DNA of 64,000 nucleotides from Spirogloea muscicola. Lineage: Eukaryota. The notes beneath the pieces were generated by a model. It was not told where the DNA came from. It searched no databases and saw nothing but the letters and a program-made list of their open reading frames with translations. Position 1 is the first letter of the stretch; every line of letters starts with the position of its first letter. The stretch lies in the NCBI GenBank assembly GCA_009602725.1, contig WELB01000013.1:259378-323377 (forward strand), given 5' to 3'. Of this stretch, positions 43,301 to 56,463 are shown piece after piece. The translations under genes were made by a program, and so were the position numbers.

Positions 43301-46052
43301 GGGTCGGGTAGCGGAAGTGAGAGTGAGGAGGAAGATGAAGATGTCGATATTGATGTGGGCGATGACGATGAGGGACAACATAGAAGGGGAAAGCCGAAGT
43401 TGCGGCACTCTCTGTCATCTGCTGCAGCAGCTGAGGCAGCACAACAAAGTGCTTCCGCAGGAGCAAAACCATCTGAAACAGTTGATGACAGCAAGATGGG
43501 ACGCAAAGAAGCACAGTCAAAGCCTATGGAGGAGGGTCCAGGTCGACGAGTGAGCAGAGGTGCAGGCAAGGGCGGCCCAGGGTCAGAGGACAGGTCTCAG
43601 CAGGAGGCTGTCAAGCAGAGGAAAGTGACAGAGAAGCTCCAGACGTTAGAAGGGAGTGAAAGGAAAGCAACTCTACTTCACTCTCAAGGGAATCGTGTGG
43701 CAGCACATGAAGTTGCTGCTGGGAGGGCAAAGTCAGGTAAAGTAGATGATGAGTGCAGGAAAGATGTGAGAGGAAATCATTTAAGGCCCTCAGGGGAGGA
43801 TTCTGGTAACGGCAAGAGCAGAGGGGCAGGCAGAAGTAGCTCAGGAGCAGGGGATGGGCCTCAGCTGGAGGTGAAGCAGAAGGATGTTGCGGAGAATTCC
43901 TTCAACCAAGGAGATGGTGACGAGGAACTCTTCCTGCAGGAGGAGTCTGCAGCAGCACATGCACATGCTGCTGTTAGTGCAAAGGCACCTGAAAGAGCTA
44001 GTGGTGGCAAGAAGGTAGCCACAGAAGCACAATTGAAGCACGTGGAGGAGGATCCAGTACGTAGACGCGAGCGCAAAGGAGCAGGCAAGGGCGTTCCAGG
44101 AAGAGGGGATGGGCCTCAACATGAGGCCCTGAAGCAGAAGCGTAGTCCACATGCCCAGCCAACGGAAGGGAGTAAATTGGAGATGGCTTTGGAGGGCACC
44201 TCCACACTTCCAATTGTGGACAGGTGTGAAGTAGCTGAGGAAGGGGAAGTAGATATTTGCACACAAGAGAGCCAGGGAGCCAGTCATCTGGTCGAGGAGG
44301 GCGAGGTCCGCGGAGGTGGTGATGAGGCTGGCCAGCCATTGTATGATATGGATCACCATGCTCCACAGGAAGTTGCTGCAGACGAGCGAAGTCCTACAGG
44401 CAACAGCCCTCTGGAGTTGGACACAATGGTCAATGCACATTCTGCACAAAAGCACCGGTTGGTGTCAGTAGGAGATGAGCGGCAGAAGCATGGCAATCTT
44501 CTCTCAGTAGCTCAAGTGAATCCTACACAAGGATTGGCGGCCTTACAAAAATGTGAAGAGTTTGAAGACAGGCCGAGTCAAGAAGACAGATTGCGCATGG
44601 ATAGGATCAACGACAAGCCACACAAGAAGTCTGCCAGTGGAAGCAACAACGAGCATCAGACAACAAGGGCGCCTGCAGCAGTTGCTGCCAGCAAGTCCTT
44701 GCAAGACAAGCCAGCAATAAGGCAGGTCAACAGGGAGGTTTCCTCTGCAGGAAATGGCAAGCACGAAGAAGATCGAAGGGTGAGGTCCGAGCCACGCCTT
44801 GCTCCAGCTGGGGAGATTCGTGACCTGGACTTCTCAGATGAGCAGAAAGCCTCGTCACTCCAGAGGACCGGGCAAGTTGGAGGCCGCGTTGGAAAACCAA
44901 GGGGGCAAAATGGCTCATCTGAACATGGGTCACACAGGCGCCGGAACGGCGATTTGCAAGAGGATTTTTACTCTCATGCTGTGAGGGATAAGCCACAATT
45001 GAAAGCGCCTATCACATCCACAGCACAGTAAGTGAATGACCATGTTGCACCTGACTTGGCTTTATCTCTTTCACCCAATCCAGCCTCGTCAGTTGCATGG
45101 GATAGATGTGATCACAACTGTCCTATATATCAGTCATACTAAGGAAAGTCTAGCCAACTTGCTGAAAGTCTAGCCAGGGTTTTGTCACATACGCATGCAG
45201 CTGACACAACAGCTGTTTTTGCTGTAACAGGCTTAGAAAGTACGAGCGTGAGTACATTGAGAAGTATGACATATACCTCAGATTAAGTGGACTGCTTGAT
45301 ACAGACAGGTACTTCTGATTCTATACTCAGCTTCGTGAGAGATCTACTTGGACATCTCCAATGTAAATAACTACTGAATCAGAATGTGTGGTTTTGCTAA
45401 TGATTGTGTATACATTGACTACTCATCCAAGCATTGGTAATTACAGAAAGGACTTTGTCCTCCTAAAAAGGGATTTTGACCAAGCGAAGACTAGTGGCGA
45501 GAGGTCGAGCATCATCAATATCATGAATGTCAAGTTCAGAGAAAAAGTAGAGGTCAGTGCCACAATTCCACGCAAAGTACAGTATATGCATGTCAAACAA
45601 GAAAAACTCTATCTTTGCTTTGCTTGCTCAAAGCCTCCCTATGCAATGAACACTCCTCTCCACACTCCATAGCAGCAGGAGGTCACCTTGGTCACTGGTG
45701 GCGGAGGTCATTTCCAACTTCGTGTTGTGCTTCACTGTGCTTGCAGAGACACAAGCGTATGTCGCAGGCATTTGACACGTTACACCAAGAGCTCCAGGTG
45801 ACAATTTGATCAGTTCAAATTGACGATGATACATGCAAACGAGCACGAGTCTAAGACATCTGGAGTGACTGCGTCTGAGCAATACAGGCAATTAGTGCCC
45901 TGAGATTGTGTTAAATTACTGTCACCACCATCCAGGTACTGATGTCGCTTCACTGCTTCTTGCACCTGAAGCAGATGCTCAAGCATCGAATTAAAGAGTA
46001 CTTGGGCACCAGTGAGGATCCGGGGAGCGGCCAGGAGTCAAGGCAGAGCTAA
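40328..46052 (+). CDS. ELL-like Pol II elongation factor with C-terminal occludin/ELL domain; start lies in gap 39802-40327; 2.3-kb low-complexity exon
   Basis: YAMTIKLTPELVTAL, VIQVGDEEFQF...FDCYCE...GSIWRKLSVLRILTTTEKDRWKKRSDEAEK; central DLKQLLLKILSEVPRGIS; C-terminal LKAPITSTAQ|LRKYEREYIEKYDIYLRL...HKRMSQAFDTLHQELQ|MLKHRIKEY. Confidence 0.82.
41607..41664 (+). mobile_element. 58-bp solo type B 3'-end insertion in an ELL intron, with 8-bp TSD
   Basis: CATTAGCA at 41599-41606 and 41665-41672 flanks a sequence identical to the reverse complement of 11899-11953, plus TTT. Confidence 0.9.
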
Positions 46053-46639
46053 AGGCTATCTCCACGTCCTCATTCTTTTTGCGTCGTCTTGCCAAAGACC
46101 TTGTGTCTCAAACGCTGTTGTTTGCCTGCCTCACTGGCTTGACTGACATCAACTGCCCTGTACTTACAGCAGATGAACCTTGTCGTCACCCACAAGTGCA
46201 AAAGCATGTCAGTGCATGCCCTGCGGTGGCGCGCATCATTCTGCGGAAGAAGTGCTCATGCATCAAAGTGCTCAATCATGCATGCGTTGGCGCCTCGAAT
46301 GGAGGGGGCCAGGGGCGATCCCGTGCGCTCGACCAAGAGTCTTGCACACTGTAGGTGGCGTTGGCCTTGGTTGAGTGTGATAAGGCAGCCGCAGAAGAGT
46401 CACCGTTCTAGCTTGTTGAGGCCGGCTGAAGGTAGTGAGAGGCACTTTGCTTCGTCCGCAAAAGTTGCTCCCAGATAACCAAAGGCGATAGTTAGTATGC
46501 GATTGTAAGAGGAGGTGCGTGCAGGTCGCATAGGCGATAATGTGAGGCAGGGCATGCTTTGGCGGCTGCAATGATGGTGGCGGTGGCGGTGGCGGTGTTG
46601 GAGGCCAGATGCTCGTGAGGACCTTGCAGAGGGCAGCTA

Positions 46640-47520
46640 ATCTGTAGCCCCGTGTGTGTGCCCCCACACCTTAGCGTGTCCGCAGCAGAGAGCAGCTCAA
46701 CTTGGAACTATAGGAGAGGGTCAGGGACCCGCTGCAAAGGCATCTCGATGGAAGAAGCGACTCCCAAGGTCTCAACTGCGCATGCAAACTGGGGACCTTG
46801 CTGCGGACCTCGCTCAAGTCAATGTGGGCTGGCGTTCCACAGCCCTCACCCCTTTTGAGCTACATTTTCAAGAAAAAGCACTTCTATCGTAAGGCAATGG
46901 CTGTGAGAAATTGCTCGCCCACAGAGAAAGAGGGGCTAGCAAAGCCAGCCCAAAGGAACATACAAGGTTTGAAAAGGCCGGAAGGCGCAAAAAGCAGGAT
47001 CCCATTTTCGTCAGAGAGGAAAGCTTTGGGGTGAATGGCTCCGGCCCCTTCCGGACTAGTCCATTCCTTTGGGCTGGCCTCTCTCACTCGTAACTACTGA
47101 GTGGTCGGATGTGAGGCTCCTCACTCGTAACGACTGAGTGGTCCATCCTCCCCCGTTCTGCCATAGCCTCTTCAGGCCCCGCAGTCGCTGCTCAGCTCGT
47201 AGTTTGGCCCCTTCGAACCTTGTCAATTCTTTTCGGGCTGGCTTCTCACAGCCCTTGCCCCCATTGGGAGAGCCACTTCTTCTCTAACTCGCCTCCCTCA
47301 CTCCTCCCCCGTTCTGACAGAGTCTCTTCAGGCCCCTTAGTAGCTGCTTAGCGCTTTTTTAGGCCCCTCCATCATTTGGCCCCTTCGAACCTTCGTCAAT
47401 TCTTTTTCCGGCTGGCTTTTCACAGCCCTTATGCCCCCATTACATTGGGAGTGCCCCTTCTCACTCACTCACTCCCACTTCGTCTTCTTCTCACAGCCAC
47501 TGCTGTCGATGTGGAAGAGA
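46640..47520. mobile_element. Third island of REL non-LTR 3' fragments (tandem type A UTRs, partial type B)
   Basis: 47105-47280 is nearly identical to the reverse complement of 12445-12620; a diverged second copy follows at 47300-47500. Confidence 0.78.
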
Positions 47521-48087
47521 TGTGTCAACAAACGGCTGTCCCAAAGCCGCCCCAAAGCCGCCCGAAAAAGAATGACAATTGCGAATGAGGCAAGTAGAAG
47601 TAGAGCTCCAAGCTCAACAAACGCCAGGCCGTGGATCAGAGCTGCTCGCTCCTCGCGCGGGGGGGCCGTCGTAGCCAGCCGGCCGGCTTGCCGTGCCTCA
47701 GCCCCGGCCTTGGCGGCGGCGGCGGCTGCGGCGGCGGGGGCGGCGAGGANCGAAGCCAGACGCTTGCTGCCCCGCGCCGCCACGCTCGCTGCCGCAGCCG
47801 CACGCAGAGCGGCTCTTCCGGCGGCGCGGCCGCCACCGCCGCCATTGCCGCTCGCGGTGCCAGCGGCAGCTACCAATGTCCCCGCCAGCAGCCCGCCCGA
47901 GGTGCTTGCCTCACTTGGCGCTGCAAACTCCTGTGGCGCGCGGCCACGCCGCACGCTGCGCCGCTTCGCTTTAATAGCTCGGGGGTTGTGGTAGTGAGGC
48001 TGTGACAGGCGTATAGTTGCAAGCGGAGAATGTCAATGACATAGTCCCCAAAGCCCAGGTCTTGGAACCCTTCACCCAGATCCTGGT

Positions 48088-48178
48088 GAACCTAAACCTA
48101 AACCTAAACCTGACCTAAACCTGAACCTTGAAATCTAACGGAACGTTCACCTCAACCTAAACCTAGACGCAACCTGAA
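48088..48178 (+). repeat. Degenerate (AACCTA)n telomere-like tract upstream of, or intronic to, the S31/bTHX gene
   Basis: gaacctaaacctaaacctaaacctgacctaaacctgaacc...aacctaaacctag. Confidence 0.75.
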
Positions 48179-48753
48179 ATATACTCATTCATACCTGAGC
48201 TCTCAAGCTGGCTGCAGGCTCCAACCTGGCGGCAGGGCCAGGTCTCTGCATCCGGCTTGTGGCACTGATCCTTTGCTGACCTCCCCAATCTGGCAGAGCC
48301 AGGTCCTTGCCTGTTGCGTGCGAAGCTGGAAGGAGGAAGCCCTGCAGCACTGGCGGCTCCTCTTGCCAGAATGCCATAGCGTCGTTGTTAGGCCATTGTG
48401 AGTTGAAGTGCACTTCCAAGCACTGGTTACTGTTAGCTGGGCAGGATGGATGCAGCTGCTCCCTTAGAATCGCAAGCCTTGCTCTTCCGTGGAGCTCGCT
48501 GGTCAGGCATCTCTGCTACCGCCGGCTGGCGGCTCATCTTGGGCTTTCCTTGGTATCTCCTGATAATGTCGTCCTATTTGTAGACCCTGCTTATGCATCA
48601 ATCATTCCTGCGAAGGCCCCCTTCATCGTCGGAAGCAAAAGCTGGGCTCAGGGCTTGAGCTGTTTCCAGCAGTCCGCTTGCTTGGACGAGCTGCTGTCAT
48701 GCTCGCGGCCTGATTGCTGTCAAGCCACGCCCCCTGGACACACCTGCAGTCTG

Positions 48754-49167
48754 ATGTCAGGACTGGTGCCACTATCTGGAGCACATCCAAGCACCACTTG
48801 GGGATCATCGGCCTTCACTGCACTGCCCAGCCTCCCAGCACCAGGTATGTCGCATGCTGCTTATTTGGAGCTGTACTGAAATGGAGCGAGCAAGCAGCCC
48901 CACTGCTCAGCAGCCAACTGTGACCATGCAGGATCCTGGCCTCTGAGATGCTCGCAAGTCCACCAGTCGAAGGCCAATGCGGTGTGGGCGCTAAGTGGTG
49001 CAGTAGCCGTGCCCCTGTTGTGCGGCCGGGGGGACAAGCGTACCAAGCGTGGGAAGCGCTTCCGTCACACGTTCGGCAATGCACGGCCCAGTCGAGGGCG
49101 TAGAGCCCGGAGGCTGAAGGCAAAGCTTGAGATTGATGACCCCGCCTCGGGCATCGGCCCACCTTGA
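48754..49167 (+). CDS. Organellar small-subunit ribosomal protein S31/bTHX (PSRP4-like); exons to 48844 and 49004-49167; true start may lie in an upstream exon near 47750-47901
   Basis: LCGRGDKRTKRGKRFRHTFGNARP is the bTHX/PSRP4 signature; an in-frame GT-AG intron joins a Ser/Pro-rich targeting-like exon; plastid versus mitochondrial not resolved. Confidence 0.85.
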
Positions 49168-49624
49168 TCGCTGTGTCGTCTCCCAAGGTGAGTGAATGGT
49201 CAAGGGAGGTAGCAACTTCTTCTCTGCTCCTTAGTTCCTCTGCTGCAATCAGCCTTTGCGAGGTTACTTTGACTTCGTCGCCTTGAAACATTAGCTTACA
49301 CTTCGAGCCACAACCACCTAACCAAGATAGTATATAAAGCTCAAGCTTGAGCCACTACCTAGCCGATCCATGCCGCTTGCATTCAGCTGGATACGATCAA
49401 GCAGAGGGCTCAGATCTGCTAAGAAATATATCAATTACGACACTAAGTTCTCCTGATTTCAAGGAACCTTTGCTTAATTGCAGCATGTTTCGAAGAAGAT
49501 GTCGCTGTGGATGCGCTTGCTCAGATTGAGAAAGTGGGCAGGACATGACAGGGAGGACAAGCGGAGCCAATACACTGTGCATCTTAAGGGCAGAGTGCAA
49601 GTGATGGGGCTACATATACCGAGT

Positions 49625-49740
49625 GCCTAGGCTAGGAGGGGCTGCAGATACAGGGCCAAAGCACGGCTGAAGGAGGGCTTTAGTACCCAAGAGTGAGCAC
49701 ATACAAGTTGGACAGGCTCAGTTGGAAGCAAGAGAGCGAG
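49625..49740 (-). mobile_element. Short REL element 3' fragment between convergent genes
   Basis: Reverse strand reads LSLSNLYVLTLGY*, similar to 13742-13800. Confidence 0.55.
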
Positions 49741-50027
49741 TCCAAGCTCCACAACCCATTCTTTTACTAGGGTAAATACGTTGTAAAATGAGAAGTAGTT
49801 GAAGGCCTGAAGTGTGCCAAGGTTGGAATTCTTTGGCAATGCCTGCAATAAGAGGGAGGTAAAACGAGCTCGATGCCAAGTCAGACAGAGATCATGAGCT
49901 GCAGGTACAGTTGGCCTTATTGATTCCTGAATGATATATACGCTTGTGGCAATGTGGGAGGTCTTGTCACCATTCACCTTGCAAGCAGGCCTGGCTGTGT
50001 TGTAGATGCCAAACTAGAGTCTGCTAT

Positions 50028-53000
50028 CTACAGTCTGAGGATGGTCCGGAGCGTGTCCGAAAGATTCTGAATGATCTGCTTTTCCTGCCCTACCTGCCAG
50101 CCCTGCAGGGGCATCTCATTGTAGCATCTGCAATCGTGCAAGAGGGTTGCCCATTAGGACAGCTTGGCAGCTTTCAGTGCCCTTGTAATGGACGGTTTGC
50201 GGCACAAGCTTCAGCGTCAGTACGATACTGAAAAGATGAGGTTATTAGTAAGACCGTGACTAGCCATTAAGTTAGAGAGATGTCACTGTCAGCTTGGAGA
50301 TGCATGAGCATGGCTTGTAGACCTGTGCATAGCAATGTAAGTAAGAAGCTAGAGCTGAAGGCAGCCCAGAAAAGCACGAGCAGTCCAAGCAAGCAATACA
50401 TACTGCTTGTGATACGCCAGAGCTCGTGCAAGGTTGGGTAATGTGGTGCTGCCAGCAAGCCGGCGGTACACACTTGGTGGTAGGGGCATCTGAACCAGTG
50501 CCAAGCGTAAAGAGGAACTCCAACAGTCAACAACAGCAGAAAGCATGCAAACACTGATGGACCAAGAATGTCAAAGCCTCAGCCTCACCTACCAATCTGC
50601 AACTTGAATCCAAGCAAAAACAAACTGAAGAAAAGTATAGCTACCCATTAAGTTTCCTAAGGAGCTTCCTGCAGCATCACTCACTTGCTAATGGCAGGTA
50701 TCTTTAGCAACAGCAGTTGAAGCTTGCAATTGTAGATCATTTACGGCGACGGATGCAGACAGACGACAAAAGCTTACGTCTAGGATGCGTACGTCAGCTG
50801 ACTACAGCTCGCAGCTCACAGGCCAAGCCTCACATCTATTCCAGGTGCTTTGCGGTGGAGGCGATGTCCAGCAGCTAAGCCACCCCCACTGTAGAGCTCC
50901 TGTATTGTCTCAAGCGCAATCTCGCTGCCCCCAGGTGCTCCTTTGTTGCCGATGCCATCAGTGCCCGGCGTGGATATAAGAGCAAGTGGAGAGATGTCCG
51001 TGGCTTTGAGAAGTGGGATGGGGAGCGTGCTGCCTGCAGCATACACAGCCAGGAGCTGTGCAGCGCCAGGGCAGCGTGGCTGAGATCAGTTTGAGATCAG
51101 AGCTCCAGACATATCAAAGGCTACGGCTGGCTTTGTCCTTCACTTCCGGAAAGTGAAATCAGCTACCAATTATCTCATGCCAATCATCACAATGACAAAT
51201 TTCTCCTGCATGTCCTGATCTCTTGGGGCAGTAGGCTTGTGGCTTGAGACATGGGCTCAGTTCATGAAGGCTACCTTATCTTGCAGTGAGATGCCTCTGG
51301 TGAGGGTTCCCACTCCTGGCGAGCTGTCAGTAGGCTGTACACCCAACATGCTGGGGCCAGCCTCCGCGCTCCTCCTTCGGAGCTCCGCAGAATACAGCGG
51401 GGAAGGAAGGCGGGAGGAAGGCGAGTAAGCAGCATGCTGGCGCTGGCCAATGGGATACATGGGCACTCCAGGGGAGGTCGACATATGTTGATGTACCAGC
51501 ACATTTTCCGGTCTGTCACACAAGCTTATGATATTGATTAGTGGAATGTCCTCTGTGTTGCAACATCATGCTCATAACCAACAATTAGTGCTTGTTTACA
51601 ACCGCTGCGTGTGTGCTACATGCTTCCTACATAAGGACAGGCTCGGACCATGAGTGACCTGCCATTGACATTCTTGTTCGCATGATAAGTGCTTACCTCC
51701 GATCCACATTGCTTAAAGTGGCGCCTCGCTGGCTGTCTGGAGAGGGGGAAAGGCTGTCTGCAAAGTCTGCATCATGCTCGTCCAGCTGAAGCTCTCGTGG
51801 CCTTCTTGTCTTGTGAACAACCATAGTACCTGGGTCTGCCAAGGAAGGAAGGTATCCTTGCTTAGAGTTGAGCTAGGACTGGCATGTGAGTGCTTAGTCA
51901 TTTTTCAGAAATATATATGCTGGACTATATACTTGCAAACGAATGTACGTGTGATTGCGATCTTCTATGCAAAAAATCGTCAGATGCCAAAGAGCTAGAA
52001 GCTGTGGCCAATGGGAAGGCGACATGAGCTGCAGGCAGAGACCTATATCGTCACCGAGGGTGCCTGTAGCAAAGCTGGCAGCCGTGGCTTTGCTGGGGAC
52101 AGTTGTGTACTCGTTCTGCTCTGCCTTGACAAGCATAGTGCCTGCCCCGTAGCCATCTGCTCCAGCTTTCACTGTCTGTCCCTCATCCCACGACCATTCT
52201 CCATTCTGTGCAAGCTGTGGATGGGGTAGCGAAGAGATTGCATTGAGCTTCGCAGCCATGAGTCGCATCCACTTGCACGCAGGTTGCTTACAACCCGTAG
52301 TTTGTAAGCCTTGGTGTGCAATGCTTCAGTGGGCTGCATTTGTACAAATTACACAGGCCTGGCAGCTGGTAGAAATTCACAGCACCTACAAGAAGCTAGT
52401 AAGCTGATGGAATTCGTTGGTTGCATGACCTGCCTGGCAGATATACTCTTGACATAGGAGTACACATATCCCATCATGCCAAAAGGAAGTTAGTAAGGAT
52501 GAGTGCTGGGCAAGCAGTCTGCATCTACTCACCGAATTGCTGGCAGAGTTGTCGGCGTCTTGATAGGTTGACCGTCTCGCTTGAAGCTCCATGCGAATGG
52601 CTCTTGCTCTCTCTATGCGGGGCACCAGAGAAGCTGCAGAGCCCTTGCATTTCTCTATAAACTTGTGCTGCAATTGCAGAAGAACCAAGTTGACGCTGAT
52701 GAGTTTGACTTCAAGCCCGACTGCCATGGAAACAGGAGCAATCTGGCAGCTTTGGTGTGACTTGATGAATGCATGAAGAAGAGCTCGGATGCAACTTGCT
52801 CAATTTATCTCTTCTAAAGTGGCAGTGACTTCCACGATAATTGCCCCAAACACTCAAATACTAGCTCTGCCTGATATACCGTGACATATGTCGCAGCCAA
52901 CTTGTGATGTGTACAACCTCAAGGAGGGCACTTGCATTTGGCCGAAGACGTGGCTCCTTGGCCAAGCATTTGGCAATGTAGTCATGAAATACCAAGGACC

Positions 53001-56000
53001 TGCAGTGTTGGAAGTCAGAGTCATCAATGGTGGGCCACAAAAACATTCAGACTTCTCAGCATCCACTACTGCAGGACATTGTCTATTAAGCTCTGATGAT
53101 GCTAGCTGCACTTCAATAGGCAGCAAAGGATGACTTTACGGCTCAAGATGATCCTTTTTGAGCCACATCGACTCACACAAGACATTGGTATCTTACCACT
53201 TCTCCTTATCTTCAAGCATTGGTGCTGGCTCTCGTGAGATCATGAAAATGACCTGCTCAGCTAGAAACAACGTGGTACGAACTCATCAGACATCAAAAGC
53301 ACCAGCGCACATGACGAAGTTGATGCAAGGGATTGAGAGGCACTGAGCAGGAAATAGCAGAACAATTGTGGAGGGGGAACAGGCTTACTCGCATAGGGTG
53401 CACATTGGAACGAGGAGGCAATCCCTGAACAAGCAGTGAGAGTGACCAAGTCAATAGCTGTCTACAAGGTCCGAATCTTACAGGAACTGCAGTGAGGCAT
53501 GCCCATTGGCAGTTAAGCAAGAGACTGGGGCAATTGACAACCTGTACTGCGCCAAAACTTGCAAGCCAAAGATCGGCATGTTGCATCTGCCAAAGTCTTG
53601 GATCAAGATTGAGTGCAGGACCTCAGCCATTTCAATCGCGGAGATACCCAATGCCCAAACATCGACCTGCCAGGTCAAATCAAGACGTATTACTAGAAGA
53701 CAGAGGGTGTTGTAGCAGTGCTGCATAGACATGCTCAGCAGTCATAATAGGAGATACTGATTGCCAGTCTGTGGTGGAGCGGAAGGTCCTCAGACGAACA
53801 TCACAACGTATTTTGCCACTAGTAGGGAACTGAGAGAAGGTGTCAGCGTATTCAATACCTTCCCATCATATAGGTTCTCCTGAATGACCTCTGGAGCCAT
53901 CCAGTGTGGCGTACCAATGAACTACAAAAGGTAGCAAATTGCACAAATTTGGAGATGTCAGCAAAATGCCTACGAGGACAGAGAGGCACGATAAATGGCA
54001 CACCCACAGCAGACATCAAGAAGAACGAGACATAGCCCCTTGTAGATTGGGTAAAGCAAGCGCCTCACTGTGTTGCGCTTTGAGATTGTGGATGTCAACT
54101 GAGCTGCTACCCCAAAATCGCCTGCATAACATGCAAAGAAGTGGCACTTCAGGAGAGGAGGACATGTTGGTCAAACATTCCTCCAAGCCAGTATTGAGCA
54201 TTGGTCATACATCATGGCGCCTACAGTCAGTGTGAATCGACCTCCTCGCCAGAGACCGTGCGAAGGACCTACCAAGCTTGACTTCTCCAGTATCAGTCAG
54301 CAGAATGTTTCCACCCTTTATGTCCCTGTGAACCTTCTGGATTCCATGAAGGTAAGCAAGTCCCTGCTAGACAAAAGTACCACATTGTGTTGAGCGCCAC
54401 ACAGCAAACTTTCTGAAATTTGAAATTGCCACAAGCGAAGCATGGCGTCTGCTGGAATTGGAGAGCTTGATTGAGCTGTGAGTTACTCTCAGCAGGTAAC
54501 AACAACCTTAAGAGCCTCTTTGCAGATGTAGGCTATCATGTGCTCCTCAAGCGGTTGATCAGTGTGATTCATAAGGTCCGCCACGCTCCCTCCGCCACAG
54601 TACTCCATGACAATCTGCTCAATCGATGAGCACGGCCATCAGACTACTGGTGCAATGAGCTGTTTGCTGGTTGCTACTATCTAATTGATCCTCGGAGTCT
54701 AGCGTCCGGCAAAGAAGGCCTAAAACAACAGGAGTGAAGGGGTTCCTCACTTGCAGGTATTAAGGATGCCTATGGCAGTCATAGCAGCAGCAGTCAACAA
54801 GGTTCTCATTGCTTCCCCAAAGAACATGCTTCTATCTTGCTTACACTTCGTGCTGCTCTGCAGAGAGCAGATTGCTCACAGAGTGGAGTGTGAATAGAAC
54901 TACTGAACAGAGCAGCTGCTTTTACAGGTAATGTACATACCCAAAGAAAGTCATCTCCTTGGTAGCTCCCAAGATATCGGACAACATTCGGGTTGTTGCA
55001 TTGTTGCAGCATTTCAATCTCACCTCGTATGTCCTCAAAGCCCTCCTCCTGCGCATGCTTGAGCATTAGTATGCTCTGCTTACAAGTACAATCCTTATGA
55101 AGCCCTGAGCCTAAAACCTTCACCCCTGATCGCAGTATTCGTTCAGATTTTCAGGTCTTCAGATTCTCAGGTTTCATAAGATTTTCAGGTTTCAGGTGTC
55201 AGGTCTTAGGTCTTAGGTTTTCAGGTTCGCAGGTTCCAAATATCAGGTCTTAGGTCTAAGACAAATTGCAATGCATCCTCTATGACTTAGCACGGCTTGA
55301 TTTGCAACTCTTCTCAGGTTCATGGGTTGTGCTGCTTGAGGTAAATGCATAACCCTGCCTCCCACGATTAGACATGCTCCTTGATGGATTGGTTGAGAGC
55401 AGACATCGAAAGTCTGTGTGCCTTCAAAGAAGACTGTATTGCTAGACACAAAAAGGTGGTTTTCAGCAGGACCTCTGGATGAGAAGGAGCATCTTATACT
55501 GACCCCTTCAGCAAGAGACAGGACTTTGATTGCGACCAACTCAGACGTTCTCAAATCCCTTGCTTTGAAGACTGCCCCATACGATCCTTTGCCTGTCATG
55601 AACTTTAGCAAACAGCGTCACATGACTGCTAACCTCCACAAAGTTACCACTTTGGGAAGCCATACTCGCACAACCTTGTCATAAGCTGCGACGTTGCAGC
55701 AGATGCCCTGATTTGCAACACCATTGCCTAGCATGAAGCTACTTATCAGCACAAGAAAGACACATCTACTTGTGCATCCGAGCATGTTGACTCAAGCTGC
55801 AGGCCTAGTTTGCATGGACTCCTGGCCATCCAGGACATGTTGCATCCATCCTCCACGTTTGTGAGGCATAACTTGATGGGGATGGCGTCAGCGCTGGTCA
55901 CGTCAATGGAGCCAATGACATGTGAGGCCTGGCTATGAGGATAGTGGCAGCACTTGCTCACCGAGCTCGTCAAGCAGCTCATACTTCAGCGTGGGGTCTT

Positions 56001-56445
56001 CGTACCGCCCGCGCCCAGGCGTCCTGGGGTCTCTAAAGCGCCGGGGGAGGCCAGGCTTGGCCTGGCCGCTACCACTGGCGGCGCCGCCTCCGCCGGCACT
56101 GCCGGGGCTGCCATGACGGGGCTTGGCCTTGACGGTGCCCGACACGTCCAGCTGCTGCAAGCTGTGCTCCCACTTGGCGCCGCCTCCGAAGCCGCCGCCC
56201 GACGCCTCGGGGCCAGGCGATCCCCGGGGCCGCCAGTCCGCGGAGGCCGCCGCCGGCGCCGCCGGCTGCGGGTGCTGCGCCACGCCCTGGCGGCCGCCGC
56301 CGCCGCCGCCGCGCACAACCATGGTGCCGGAGGCCGACGCTGCCTCCGGGGGCCCCGTGGTGTCGCCCAAATGGTGCACCCGCACCGTCCCGTACGCATC
56401 GTCGTCGTCGGCGTCGGCATCCAGCCCCACGGTGAGGCCCGCCAT
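50028..56445 (-). CDS. SIK1: STE20/Hippo-like MAP4K (SIK1-like), about 18 exons
   Basis: [72 protein letters not shown]...[21 protein letters not shown]1-type C-terminus [11 protein letters not shown]...[19 protein letters not shown]...[14 protein letters not shown]. Confidence 0.95.
55100..55260 (+). repeat. Degenerate 7-8 nt periodic tract (TTTCAGG/TCTTAGG) in a SIK1 intron
   Basis: ttttcaggtcttcagattctcaggtttc...ttttcaggtttcaggtgtcaggtcttaggtcttaggttttcagg; resembles decayed TTTAGGG. Confidence 0.65.
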
Positions 56446-56454
56446 GGCGCCAGG

Positions 56455-56463
56455 CTACGTCAT
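56455..56463 (-). promoter_or_regulatory. Minimal in-frame uORF ATG-ACG-TAG ending 9 nt before the SIK1 start
   Basis: Minus strand reads ggcggc ATG ACG TAG CCT GGC GCC ATG GCG. Confidence 0.55.

Noticed and set aside
47469..49291. Minus-strand ORFs as a continuation of SIK1 or a separate gene
   Set aside because: SIK1 ends with its conserved C-terminus at 50028; these ORFs are antisense to the S31/bTHX locus and lack motifs
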